DNA of 64,000 nucleotides from a virus (lineage: Duplodnaviria > Caudoviricetes). A model generated the notes under the pieces. It was not told the origin of the DNA. It saw only the letters and a list, made by a program, of their open reading frames with translations, and made no database searches. Location of the stretch: the IMG/VR virus record IMGVR_UViG_2690315896_000001, positions 3,311-67,310 of that record; one strand, written 5' to 3'. The translations under genes and the position numbers were made by a program. Numbering within the stretch: position 1 is the stretch's first letter; each line of letters begins with the position of its first letter. Below are positions 19,612-29,435 of the stretch, one piece after another.

Positions 19612-22600
19612 TTAGAGCGCACCAACCATTCTGCTAAGTTCTTGTCGCAGGAACTTTGGCGAGTTGTCAGCGATCCGATCGGTCCTGTTTTTGCCCATCT
19701 CGCGCACCTTCTTCCACACGTCGGGCATCTTGACGACGATGGGCTGCTCCGGATTGTTCTTGTTCCAATCGGCCAGCCGTTCGCGCGCACGCACCAGTGC
19801 GCCCTCGTCCTTGCGGAACAGCGCATCCGCCCACTGCGCCTTGATCTCGCTGCTGGTCTGGCTGTAGAAGCTCTTTGCCCGCTGCATGAAGCTGTTGGCC
19901 TCCTGGATCTCGGCCGCGCTCTTGGGCTGAAAGCCGATGGCCTTGGCCACAGCCTCGCCCAAGGTCGTGTCGATCACCTTGTAGCCCTTGGTGTCCTTAT
20001 ACATCCCGCTCGCGGCCATATCCAGGCCCTTGACCGCATTGCGCACGGCCGTGGGAGACACTTCCAGCGCCGCGCGGCCCGCTGCAGACGGGTCAAGATT
20101 CATCACCCCACCCACCAGTTCGCGTCCTGCCGCGAAGCCACGGGACACCAGATCGCCCGCCGGCCCCGCAACCTCCAGCAGATCTCGTTCGCGGCTCTGC
20201 TTCGTCAACAGCAGGCCGGTACCGGGCAGCAGGTTGCCCATGCCCAGGCGCCCGGACACATCGATGGGCGCACCCGGCAGACCCGAAAGCCCCTGCTCCA
20301 TGAACTCTCCCAACTCCTTGCCCACGATGCTCGCGAGCGCCTCCTTCCGCCACTGCTTGGAACTGAGGTTGTAGCCCATCATCTGGCCCACGCCGTCGAT
20401 CAGGTCCTCGGCGTCCTCCATGAAGGGCACGCCGCCGGCGCCGCCCATCAGCAGCAGCATGGCCAGGGCCCAGCCCACGGCGCGTTTTCCTTCCGGGCCG
20501 CCCTGCTTCCACATCCGCTGCATCAGTTCCAAGTAGGAGACGCTATACGTTTTAAACGTAAAAAGAGTGCCGGCTACCGCGCCGCGCGCCCACTGGGGCT
20601 TGTTGGCCTTGGAATAGACGAACTGCGTTTCCAGCACCGCCTTGCGCGCAAAGGCGCCCGGATCATCCATGCCCTGGGCCTTGGCGATGCGGAAGGCCGC
20701 AATGAAAGTAGAGCGCCGGTTGAACTGCTCAGCCAGGGCGAACGGCTGGCCCCATGCCACCTTGGCGCGTTCCCAGGCATTGCCGACCGCAGCGCGCGCA
20801 TCGCCGGCGCGGGTGCCGTCGCCCGAGCGCAGGCCGCCCGCACCCCGGGCCTGGGACATGAGTTGGTGAACTTCCTGTGGCGACACCACGCCATCGTCCT
20901 CGGCAGACTTCAGCGCGTGAGCGAGATCAGTCTCGTACTTCATACCGCGCGTGCCCATGTCCTTCAGGGCCCGGGCCATCTGGCTGCCGGCCCCACGAAT
21001 ACCGCCGAACTGGCTCAGCCAGGGTAGCGTCACCGCAAAGGGCTGCGTCATGTTGACCGCGGCCGAGGCCAGCGAACCGCCCAGGTACTGCGCGAACAGC
21101 ATGCCGCGCACAGCCTGGCCCTCTTCCTGGGGATCGCGGATGTAGCTGCGCAAGCCCATGGCCAGGTCCTTCAGCTCGCCCTGCTCCTTGGGGATGTCGT
21201 TGATCGCGCGATCCATGGCGCCGGCATTCAGGCCCGCCGCGCCCTGGCGCGCATTGCTGTAGATGAAGTTGGCCACCACGCGGCCCACGTCCTGGCTGTA
21301 ACCCTCGATGCCCTTGCGCTGGATCAGACGCTTCAAGGCGCTGTGGTTGTTCTTCGTCAGCTTCAGGTATTCATCGAACACCTTGCGCGTGGCCGCGTCG
21401 GCCTCCTTGCCCACCACCATGTCCTTGAAGATCTCCAGCGTCTCGGGCGTGATACCCGCGAACAGCTTGAAGGACTGCTGGCTCATGGTGCCCTGGGTGA
21501 TCACAGCGCCGGGGAAGGCCTGGGCCATCTGGATCTTGGCCAGGTTGGCATCCTTCATGGTCTCGTACATGCCGAAGTACTGGCGGCTGCCATCCTGGTC
21601 AATCACGTCCAGCGTGTAACGGCCGAAACGCGACAGCGGCGCATACCCGCCGTCCTGCAGATCCTTGGCCGTGGCTGCCCGGTCCACCACCATATTGTTC
21701 AACTGCAGCAGCCGTTCGGCCATGTCCGGCTTGGCCTTGGCATCCTCCTGCAGCGTGGTGGTCAGCAGCTCCAGAGCATCGGACAGCTTGGGCGCGTCCA
21801 GCACCATGTCGCGCAGGCCGGCGTACTCGTCGCCCAGCGCGCGCATCATGTCCGCGCGGGCCGTCATGTCGATGGATCGGTCGATGGCCGCGCGCGCTTC
21901 GCGGTACAGGGCAATCTGATTGGGCGTGGCGCCGAACATCGTCTGCAGCTCGGCGTCCGTCCAGACCGCGCCGGCCTTGAGCATCTTGCTCTCGAAGCGA
22001 GAATTCACCAGCGCTTCGTACTGGGCCAGCGGCAGCCCGCGCCACGCGCGCAGCATCCGGTCGTCCAGGCGGCCGGCGCGCAGCAGCAGCTGGGCCTTGT
22101 CGTCGGCGGGCAGGTTGCCGTACTTCTTGGCCAGCTCGTCCACCAGCACGGCCTTGCCGTCCACGTCCCGGCCCCACAGCAGCGTGCCCTCAAAGAGAGG
22201 CTTCGCCACGGCCTTGTTGTCGGCGGCGGAAACAGGCGTCTTGCGGTTCTTGCCCACGAGGTCGCTGATGGTGTCCACGCGCGGCAGCAGGCGCGGCGCC
22301 CGGTCGGCCGCGTCGTTTGCCAGCATGGACACGTCATCGATGTTGCGCTGGGCCGTTTCGTAGACCGGCTTGAAGGCTGGGGCGCGTTCGGCCAGGTGGC
22401 GCATGGTGCCGATGGTCTTGTCCCAGACAGAGACCTTGCCCGGGTGGGACATCGTCTTCTGGAGATGATCCAGTGCGCTGTCCTTGATCTCCGAAAGCCG
22501 CGAGCGGCTGAAGCTCAGTTCGTCGCCTGCATCGCCTTTGCGAGGATTGCCTTGATCTGCGCGCTCGCCTGCGCGTCGTCCTTCTTCAGCGATTCGATCT

Positions 22601-25600
22601 CGGAGTCGCTGAGCCGGCTCGAAGCGTGCAAGGTACCGGGCTTCAGACTCTGTGAGGGCGTCGAAGCCGTAGCCTGTGGCTGCACGGAATTGGTCTTCGA
22701 GGTCGCCATGTTTTTGCCGGAGAGAGGTCAGAGTTTCGGGAGAGGGCTGGATTTTTGCACTGTACTGCTTGCCGGTCAACGCAACCACGCCCACCACATT
22801 GCCTCCACCTTCACGAATGTGGCTGGCCAGGGCCGCGAACGTGCCGCCCTGCGTGAGGGTGTCATCCACCAGGAGGTAGTCGCCCGGCTCTACGGCGCCC
22901 GCGAAATCGACAGGTGCAAAGATGCGGTCCAGTCCATCCAGGCCGGTGCGCCGCGCGCGATTCGCCTGCACTATGCCCGTCGCAGTTTCGAGGCCCAGGC
23001 GTGCAGCCAAGACCTCGGCCACGGCGCGCGGGATCTTGTTGCGGCCCGAGGATTCCTCGGCGGCCACCGGCAGCACACGCGGCCGCGCACCACCCAGCGC
23101 AGTTGCCACCTTCGCCACCATCTCAGGCGTCACGAGGTCCACGGCCAGCCGCGTGGCCGCCGCAACATCCCCGCCCTTGGCCGCAGCGTAGTCGGGATGC
23201 TTCGATGCGCTGCCCAGCGTGCTGCCAATGATGGCGTCAGGCGTGACGGACGCCGAGTCGGCGCGACTGAACACCGGCTCGATGCGATCGGTTGCTGCGC
23301 GCTGCCCGCGCTCCACGAAATCGCGCGCAGGAAGGATGTAGCCCTGGATGATGTCGGCATCGCTCAGCTTCAGACCCCTGAACCCGGGCACGTTGGCCCG
23401 CAGCCAGTTGCGGATGGCGGCCACGGCACGGCGCACGAAATGCAGCTGCGGCGTCTTCTCGGCCATCTCGGCCAGCACTTCCTCGGCCGCGTGGCGCCGG
23501 CTCAGGTCCGTGACGCCGCGCAGCCCGTACTCCTTGATCTTGGCCGCCACCTCCGCTTGGCGCATGGTGGCCACCTGGTTGAGGATCTTGTTCAGCTCCG
23601 GGCCGAACATGCCGCGCAGGCCGTGGTGGCCCAGCACCTCATGGTGCAGCACACGGGCTGCGTCGGCGGGCGTGTTCAGCTTGCTGGCCAACAGGTAGGC
23701 CTTGCCGCGCCAGTAGAAGCCCTCGGGCGCACCACTGGCGCCGCCACTGCGCTGGCGCAAATCCGCGCGCCGCGCCGCATCGGGCACGGCCGGGTCGTTC
23801 ATGTCGAAGGCCACCACCACCTCGGGGCCGTTGCTCCAGCCCTTGCGGATGGCATCTACCGTCGCGCGCACCTGGCCCACGGCCTGGGCCCGCGCCGCAT
23901 CGGAAAATGCCGCCGGCTCGGGCCGCATGATGCGCAGCAGGTTGGCCATCTGGTCATCGGTGAGGCCCTGGGCCTCCGCCTCGCCGCGCCGGAATGGCAA
24001 CTCCTCGGTGCGCTCCACTGGCCCGGCCTTCAATTCGCGCGCGCTGGGCGGCGTGGCATGGGTACGCTCGCGCACGCCCTGCACATCCTGCCAGCCCGAG
24101 CCCTGCTTCTCCACCTGGCGTACCGTCACGCTCCATACGCCGTCGGCATTGGCGGGCGTGTACGAGACCACGCGGACATGGCTATCCCCGTACCCCTTCA
24201 CGATGTTGCCCGGGGTGAAGTAGTCGGCGCGCGCCGCTTCCTCTGCGGCCACCTTCTTGGCCAGGACGCCGCGAGGCTTCTTCGAGGCAGGCGCCGCGGC
24301 GTCCACGGCTGCAGGTGCTGCAGGTGCTGCAGGTGCTGCAGGTGCTGCAGGTGCTGCAGGTGCTGCAGGTGCTGCAGGTGCTGCAGGTGCTGCAGGTGCT
24401 GCAGGTGCTGCAGGTGCTGCAGGTGCTGCAGCAGCATCGGGCATGGCGGCGGCCAGCTTCTCGCGCACCTTGGGCGCCAGGTCAGCCCATGCCCGGGTAT
24501 GAGCGCCCGCCCGTGCTGGTGCGTTCAGCCCCTTCGCGGCCTTTGCCACAGCCTGGCGCTCGGCCGACGGCATGCTGGTCCAGCGCTCGCTGGCGGCCAG
24601 CAGTTGAGCGCGCCGCGCCTCGTTGCCCTGTTGAGCGATGGCCACGGCCTGCTGCTGACCCGCCGTGGGCGCTGGTGCAGCAGCAGGCGCTACACCGGCA
24701 GCCGGTTCGCTGGCGCCACTTCGGCCAGGTACAGCAGGTTGCATGCCGGCAGCAGGCTGTCCGGCACCTCCCCCTCGCGGCCCAGCAGACTGCGCATCTG
24801 GCGCGCGTCCCGTCGGCTCACCGCCCCCGGCCTCCGCAGCAGGCGCAGGGCCTGCTGGGCGTTCATCTGCCAGCCGTACTGCAGGTGCGGGTGAATCATC
24901 GGTTGCTCCTTGCGGCGCAATGGCGTCCGCGATCTTGAGTTGCAGGTCCGCATTCAGCCGCTCCCAGGTCGCACCGGGGAGAGCCTTCCGGATGACCGGC
25001 TTCAGGCCCTCAAGCCGTCCGGCCAAGGCCTTGCGCTCTGCGGGGGACATGCTGGCCCAGGCCGCGCGCCCGGCGTCGATGCGCTGGGCAGGGGTTTGGA
25101 CTGGCGCTTGAGCTTGCGAGCCTGGCGCCGTACCTGCTTGCGCGCCATCGTGCTGAGACGAGGTGGTGCCATTGGTCAGCCCCTGCGCAGCTGCAGGACC
25201 TGCAACCGGCGCTCTCTGCGCTCCTGCTGCCTGCGAAGATTCCGCGCGCGGCGGCTGGGCTTGATCGGCTTGTGTGCCATCGATGCTTCCTTGCTGGGTG
25301 GATGGATTGGCTGATGCGGCCGGCACGGCGGCCGGGGTCTGCTGGTCACGCTCAGCGCGGCGGCGCGACAGCTCGCGCGCCAGCTGCAGGCGCACGTTCT
25401 TGGCTTGGGCAGAGCGGAATGCGTTGGACAGGTCTTCATCCGTCCAGGTGGCCATGGCCCCGCCCGCGATCTCGCCGGTGGCAGGGTCTGCAGTTACCCG
25501 GCGCTCGGATGCCTTCTTCTTGGCTGGTCCACGTGCCGCCTGCTCTGCGGCCTGGGCCATGGCACTGGCCTGCTGGGCCTGAGCCGCCGCGCCGGAGTCC

Positions 25601-26991
25601 ACGGCAATGGCAGCAGCTGCGGACAGGGAGCCGGCAGCAGGGTCCAGGCCCATGGCCTCGGACGGGCGCAGTTCACCGACGGCAGCGTCTATGCGCGCGG
25701 CATCGAGTTGCGGCGCAGGCGTGATGCCCTGCTCACGCAGCCGTCCTTCATCGATGACCGGCTCTTGCTGGACAGCCAGCTGCCGCATGAATTCATCGCG
25801 CACCTTCGACAGGCCCGAAGGCGTTTCGCCAGCGGGTGGGTTCTCGCTGTCCTGCTGGAACAGATCCGGGCTGAACGCCTGGTGCAGCGAATCCGCCGCG
25901 GCTTTTCGCTCTTCGGGGGACAGGGATTCATCCTGAGCGCGTGCCAGTGCATCTCGGTACTGCTGCTGGTTTTCGGGCCGCACCATCTGGTCGATGGCCG
26001 CTCCGTAGGTTGCAACGTCTGGCAGTCCTGTTGGCTCGGCGTCCGTTGGCAGCTGGTCTGCAGCAGCGGCAGCCTGGCCTACCTCGGCCTCCGCTGCGCC
26101 ACCGTGCCGACCAGTCAGCAGCGACGTGCCGGCGCCAGTAATGCCCCCCAAGGCTGCGCCCATGCCAGCAGCAGCAGCCACGCCCTTGGATGGATCAATG
26201 GTCGGATCGAATGGCATGGCCGCCCGCTGACCCTCGTACTGCGTGACGCCTTCCTCAACAGCCTCCTGAGCCGCCTCGCTCGCCCCCGTCTTCGCCGCGC
26301 GTGCAACAGTGCCGCCCGCGAACCCCTTGCCACCGGCCAGGAGACGCTCCGCGCCAAACGCGCCGCTGACCCCGCCCACAATGGCCGGGATGACACTGGC
26401 GCCGCGCCCCGCAGAGACAGCCTCATCCTCCGTGGCGCCAGCATTCTTGGCGAGGTCATAGGCTGTGCCCGCAGCATCCCCGCCCGCCATCGCCGCGCCA
26501 GCCGCAACACCGCCAGCCTGAGCCGCGCGCTCGACACCCTTCGCTCCAAGGCCGGCCGCGCGCCCAAGAGCACCAGCACCCTTCACCGCCGCGCCCGGCC
26601 CAACGAACGAGCCAGCTGCCTGGGCTGCTGCGAGCACAGGATTGCGGACGATGTACCCGCCCACCGCACCAAGCTCATCCGTCACGCCCTCGGCGCTATC
26701 CACCTTTTGCTTAAAGCGTTGCTTTTCGGCCTGAACGACGGGGCTCTGCTTGGCTTCGCCGGCCTGGATGATGTTCTTGTCGATCCAGCCGGAGACCGCG
26801 TTTCCAGGTTTGATGAAGTTGGCAGCGGAAGAGACGCCGCCGGCCGCCGCGTTGGCGACTTCGATGACGGTGTCGTTTACTGCTTCGAAGCCGCTTCGCG
26901 GTGGCGATTTCTCATGGAAGCGGGCAAACGGGTTTGGGCTCCCGTCAGCGTCTGCCTCGGGATGAAACTTTGCGAATGGGTTCTGTGCCAT
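19612..26991 (-). CDS. Giant PLxRFG-domain polyvalent (ejection/internal virion) protein with metallopeptidase and phosphoribosyltransferase domains
   Basis: 2459 aa; APLSRFG; HHEVLGHHG; LLVDDTLTQGGT PRPP-binding loop. Confidence 0.85.
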   Translation of the reverse strand: MAQNPFAKFHPEADADGSPNPFARFHEKSPPRSGFEAVNDTVIEVANAAAGGVSSAANFIKPGNAVSGWIDKNIIQAGEAKQSPVVQAEKQRFKQKVDSAEGVTDELGAVGGYIVRNPVLAAAQAAGSFVGPGAAVKGAGALGRAAGLGAKGVERAAQAGGVAAGAAMAGGDAAGTAYDLAKNAGATEDEAVSAGRGASVIPAIVGGVSGAFGAERLLAGGKGFAGGTVARAAKTGASEAAQEAVEEGVTQYEGQRAAMPFDPTIDPSKGVAAAAGMGAALGGITGAGTSLLTGRHGGAAEAEVGQAAAAADQLPTDAEPTGLPDVATYGAAIDQMVRPENQQQYRDALARAQDESLSPEERKAAADSLHQAFSPDLFQQDSENPPAGETPSGLSKVRDEFMRQLAVQQEPVIDEGRLREQGITPAPQLDAARIDAAVGELRPSEAMGLDPAAGSLSAAAAIAVDSGAAAQAQQASAMAQAAEQAARGPAKKKASERRVTADPATGEIAGGAMATWTDEDLSNAFRSAQAKNVRLQLARELSRRRAERDQQTPAAVPAASANPSTQQGSIDGTQADQAQPPRAESSQAAGAQRAPVAGPAAAQGLTNGTTSSQHDGAQAGTAPGSQAQAPVQTPAQRIDAGRAAWASMSPAERKALAGRLEGLKPVIRKALPGATWERLNADLQLKIADAIAPQGATDDSPAPAVRLADERPAGPAPAAEAGGGEPTGRAPDAQSAGPRGGGAGQPAAGMQPAVPGRSGASEPAAGVAPAAAPAPTAGQQQAVAIAQQGNEARRAQLLAASERWTSMPSAERQAVAKAAKGLNAPARAGAHTRAWADLAPKVREKLAAAMPDAAAAPAAPAAPAAPAAPAAPAAPAAPAAPAAPAAPAAPAAPAAVDAAAPASKKPRGVLAKKVAAEEAARADYFTPGNIVKGYGDSHVRVVSYTPANADGVWSVTVRQVEKQGSGWQDVQGVRERTHATPPSARELKAGPVERTEELPFRRGEAEAQGLTDDQMANLLRIMRPEPAAFSDAARAQAVGQVRATVDAIRKGWSNGPEVVVAFDMNDPAVPDAARRADLRQRSGGASGAPEGFYWRGKAYLLASKLNTPADAARVLHHEVLGHHGLRGMFGPELNKILNQVATMRQAEVAAKIKEYGLRGVTDLSRRHAAEEVLAEMAEKTPQLHFVRRAVAAIRNWLRANVPGFRGLKLSDADIIQGYILPARDFVERGQRAATDRIEPVFSRADSASVTPDAIIGSTLGSASKHPDYAAAKGGDVAAATRLAVDLVTPEMVAKVATALGGARPRVLPVAAEESSGRNKIPRAVAEVLAARLGLETATGIVQANRARRTGLDGLDRIFAPVDFAGAVEPGDYLLVDDTLTQGGTFAALASHIREGGGNVVGVVALTGKQYSAKIQPSPETLTSLRQKHGDLEDQFRAATGYGFDALTESEARYLARFEPAQRLRDRIAEEGRRAGERADQGNPRKGDAGDELSFSRSRLSEIKDSALDHLQKTMSHPGKVSVWDKTIGTMRHLAERAPAFKPVYETAQRNIDDVSMLANDAADRAPRLLPRVDTISDLVGKNRKTPVSAADNKAVAKPLFEGTLLWGRDVDGKAVLVDELAKKYGNLPADDKAQLLLRAGRLDDRMLRAWRGLPLAQYEALVNSRFESKMLKAGAVWTDAELQTMFGATPNQIALYREARAAIDRSIDMTARADMMRALGDEYAGLRDMVLDAPKLSDALELLTTTLQEDAKAKPDMAERLLQLNNMVVDRAATAKDLQDGGYAPLSRFGRYTLDVIDQDGSRQYFGMYETMKDANLAKIQMAQAFPGAVITQGTMSQQSFKLFAGITPETLEIFKDMVVGKEADAATRKVFDEYLKLTKNNHSALKRLIQRKGIEGYSQDVGRVVANFIYSNARQGAAGLNAGAMDRAINDIPKEQGELKDLAMGLRSYIRDPQEEGQAVRGMLFAQYLGGSLASAAVNMTQPFAVTLPWLSQFGGIRGAGSQMARALKDMGTRGMKYETDLAHALKSAEDDGVVSPQEVHQLMSQARGAGGLRSGDGTRAGDARAAVGNAWERAKVAWGQPFALAEQFNRRSTFIAAFRIAKAQGMDDPGAFARKAVLETQFVYSKANKPQWARGAVAGTLFTFKTYSVSYLELMQRMWKQGGPEGKRAVGWALAMLLLMGGAGGVPFMEDAEDLIDGVGQMMGYNLSSKQWRKEALASIVGKELGEFMEQGLSGLPGAPIDVSGRLGMGNLLPGTGLLLTKQSRERDLLEVAGPAGDLVSRGFAAGRELVGGVMNLDPSAAGRAALEVSPTAVRNAVKGLDMAASGMYKDTKGYKVIDTTLGEAVAKAIGFQPKSAAEIQEANSFMQRAKSFYSQTSSEIKAQWADALFRKDEGALVRARERLADWNKNNPEQPIVVKMPDVWKKVREMGKNRTDRIADNSPKFLRQELSRMVGAL
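24308..24431. repeat. Perfect 9-bp tandem repeat (GCTGCAGGT) x13 plus partial, encoding (PAA)n
   Basis: Read directly from the sequence. Confidence 0.95.
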
Positions 26992-26997
26992 CCCCCC

Positions 26998-27041
26998 ACT
27001 CTCAAGGAGAGGTGCGATGGCGGTCGAACCCTAGCCGGGGG
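26998..27041 (-). promoter_or_regulatory. Putative late promoter (giant protein)
   Basis: CCCCCGGCTAGGGTT-N23-GAGAGT-N6-ATG, just downstream of a terminator hairpin at about 27046-27069. Confidence 0.65.
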
Positions 27042-27092
27042 CGTGAAAAAGCCCCGGCGTGCGGGGCTTGTGGATGAGGCCGGCGCGCCCGG

Positions 27093-27293
27093 CTACTCGC
27101 GGCCCAACTCGGCCAGCGTGTCCTGCAGCGTATTGATCAGCCGCTCCACATCTTCAGGAGGCATATCGACCCAGGTGGTTGCAATATCGAGCCCTGAGGC
27201 AGTCTTGGCCGTGTGCTTGAGGCCGATGAGCGTCTTCCCGTTGAAGACGCGAGTGCGAACGTCGGTGAACTGAAGGAGGGGTGCAGGAATCAT
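27093..27293 (-). CDS. Hypothetical protein
   Basis: 66-aa ORF followed by a terminator. Confidence 0.55.
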   Translation of the reverse strand: MIPAPLLQFTDVRTRVFNGKTLIGLKHTAKTASGLDIATTWVDMPPEDVERLINTLQDTLAELGRE

Positions 27294-27335
27294 GGCGTGA
27301 TAGTGGCACGGAACGCCCGCGCTAGGACGATAGCC

Positions 27336-27632
27336 TCACACGGGCCGCGTCCGCACCTCAGCTGTCCAGGCAGATTGCCCTCGGGGCAGCAACGAGCCCT
27401 GATCCGTTGCAGCGATGTGGAGATATTCGCCCTCTCCCAGCGCGCGAGCCTGCTGCGACAGCTGCTCGCGCACGTCATTGGATTCAGCGCGGAGCTTGCT
27501 GATCACCATCTTGTTCACCTTCAACTCGCGACAACAGCGGCAGGAAAAGTGCATCCACTTTCCATAGTCTTCGAGGTAGGCAGTGCACTGGAGGTTGCAT
27601 AACGGGCACGGGGCTTGGATGGAGTCTGGCAT
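27336..27632 (-). CDS. Small zinc-ribbon-like protein
   Basis: CPLC...CRCC; GGAG RBS. Confidence 0.55.
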   Translation of the reverse strand: MPDSIQAPCPLCNLQCTAYLEDYGKWMHFSCRCCRELKVNKMVISKLRAESNDVREQLSQQARALGEGEYLHIAATDQGSLLPRGQSAWTAEVRTRPV

Positions 27633-27906
27633 GGAGGCACTCCAGGGAATGACTGAGTTCGAAGAAAACGGTAACCCTGTTGTACCCCAGTCGAGCGGCG
27701 AATTCTGACGTGCCGGGTTAGGGCTTGGCCTAGTCTGAGCAGGCACAGAGATTGCCGCCTGTACAGCCTCACAGCCTGGGAGAAGATACATATTGGTACA
27801 AGAGTCAAAAGAAAAGTAGCATGCGCTCACATTCAAACAATCGAAAGCGTACTGACATGCGAGTATCAACAACTCCTGCCGTTGCCAATTCGGCAGAGAG
27901 TCCCCA

Positions 27907-28160
27907 TGGATGAGTGCAAGCCGGGCCAGGACAGCGACCAACAACCCCCGTGGTCGCCTGCGGGTGCACTGGCCCTGCTTATTTTGGCGGCGCTTGCGAT
28001 AGCTGCGGCGATTTGGCTCATGGCGAAGCGGCACCACACCCCGCTATGGCAACTGCGAGCACCCACCATTGCCGCACCGGCGACAGAAGCTTCGCCACCA
28101 GCCGCAGCTGCCGAAATGCAATGCCCAAATCAGAACTGGGCTGTAGGCGAACGCACATGA
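27907..28160 (+). CDS. Small membrane protein
   Basis: Single strong hydrophobic helix. Confidence 0.4.
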
Positions 28161-28235
28161 TGAGCTTCTGGCGCAGGGCTGGGTTCAGAGACGACGAAGC
28201 CCGCCGAAGCGGGCCTGTACAGAACTTGGCCAAGC

Positions 28236-28451
28236 CTACTTGCGCCCGCCCACGTAGTGCCCACCCTTCCCGCTCTTGCCCGATCCGCCGACACGCTTGC
28301 TGCCCTTGCGTCCAGCAGCCTCGAAGGACAGGGACGATTCAGTGGACTTGCCCGAGGCGAACGTAGCGCCTGAACCTTGGCTTGGCAACAGGTCGCCGGC
28401 CTGCGCCGACGTAGCTGCTGCCAGGGCGATTGCGAGGAATGCGATTTTCAT
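28236..28451 (-). CDS. Small secreted basic Gly/Lys-rich peptide
   Basis: AAGGAGG RBS, signal peptide ending AQA, GSGKSGKGGHYVGGRK tail, terminator after. Confidence 0.7.
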   Translation of the reverse strand: MKIAFLAIALAAATSAQAGDLLPSQGSGATFASGKSTESSLSFEAAGRKGSKRVGGSGKSGKGGHYVGGRK

Positions 28452-28672
28452 GGAGAGGCCTCCTTGTTGTGGTCGGGCCATGCTATCGCTGGGCCGGCGC
28501 GTTGCACGAGGGTCGCTTTCCCTACTTGCTTTGACGTGCGTCACGCCGCGGCTTGGCCAAGTCACAAACGACAACGCCGCGCGGGTCGCACACTGTGGGC
28601 AATTGGAAGAACGATGGCCCTCTAGGACTACGATGCGTGCTCCTACACAGCCAACCCGAAAGGGGCAAATCG

Positions 28673-28915
28673 ATGGAGACTCATTCATTCGCTGGGTCGC
28701 GCACCCTGGTGAAGGGCTCCTACAGCCCCGAAACCCATCTCCTTCGCCTGTGGTTTACGAGCAGCCCGGATCGCGCGTATGACTATCCGAGGGTGCCGGA
28801 GCATATTTGGACCGGGTTGAAAGCAGCTCGTTCGCCAGGCGGCTACTACAACGACCACATTCGTGACCAGTTTGGCGAGCCGCACGATCCAGCAAATCAC
28901 TGGCTGCATCGATAG
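28673..28915 (+). CDS. KTSC domain protein
   Basis: GSYSPETHLLRLWF..YDYPRVP..GLKAARSPGGYYNDHIR. Confidence 0.85.
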   Translation: METHSFAGSRTLVKGSYSPETHLLRLWFTSSPDRAYDYPRVPEHIWTGLKAARSPGGYYNDHIRDQFGEPHDPANHWLHR

Positions 28916-29195
28916 CCGCTCTCACCCTTGAAAAATCGACGGTCCAGCTAGTCTCTGGTGCCAGCGGCAAGTCAGGCCGGTCGGTGGCCACGCAGCCACC
29001 ATGGAAGTCGAACTCCCGCCGAGCGAGCAGCAGCACGTCGCGCACATAGGCCAAGTCGGCGTCAGCAGGCCGCGCGCCAGCTTCAGCTCGCCGCGCCGCA
29101 GCCCTCGCACGATGCGCCGCGCACATTGCAACGCAGGCCAAGACGAGCGCCAGGAACAGCGCACCAGAGAGGATGAGGATGGGGAGATGTGCCAT
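28755..29195 (-). CDS. Membrane-anchored hypothetical protein, late-promoter driven
   Basis: N-terminal TM; promoter motif 5 bp upstream; 3' end overlaps the KTSC gene antisense. Confidence 0.5.
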   Translation of the reverse strand: MAHLPILILSGALFLALVLACVAMCAAHRARAAARRAEAGARPADADLAYVRDVLLLARREFDFHGGCVATDRPDLPLAPETSWTVDFSRVRAAIDAASDLLDRAARQTGHECGRCSSRLANELLSTRSKYAPAPSDSHTRDPGCS

Positions 29196-29200
29196 GCCCC

Positions 29201-29242
29201 AGTGTCAGCACCAGGGCGGGACCGCGCGAACCCTGGGCGGGG
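29201..29242 (-). promoter_or_regulatory. Putative late promoter
   Basis: CCCCGCCCAGGGTT-N22-GACACT-N5-ATG, downstream of a terminator at about 29247-29268. Confidence 0.65.
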
Positions 29243-29435
29243 TCGTAAAAAAGCCCGCTGGTGCGGGCCGGTGTCGGCAAGGGCCACTTGCGCCGGGCGG
29301 CGTCCTCCGCCTCCAAGCGCGCTATGCGCTCAGACAGCCCCTCTAAACGTCATTTGGCGGGGGGCTCGGTGCGGCGCCAATGCCAGGTACTTCCGTCATC
29401 ACCCAGTTAAAAATAATCAAAAAAACTTTAACTCA

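Noticed and set aside
24198-24938. (LQH)n, (LQV)n and (CRC)n ORFs, or a CRISPR call, at the 9-bp repeat
   Set aside because: These are alternative frames of a spacerless tandem repeat inside the giant gene; no cas genes present.
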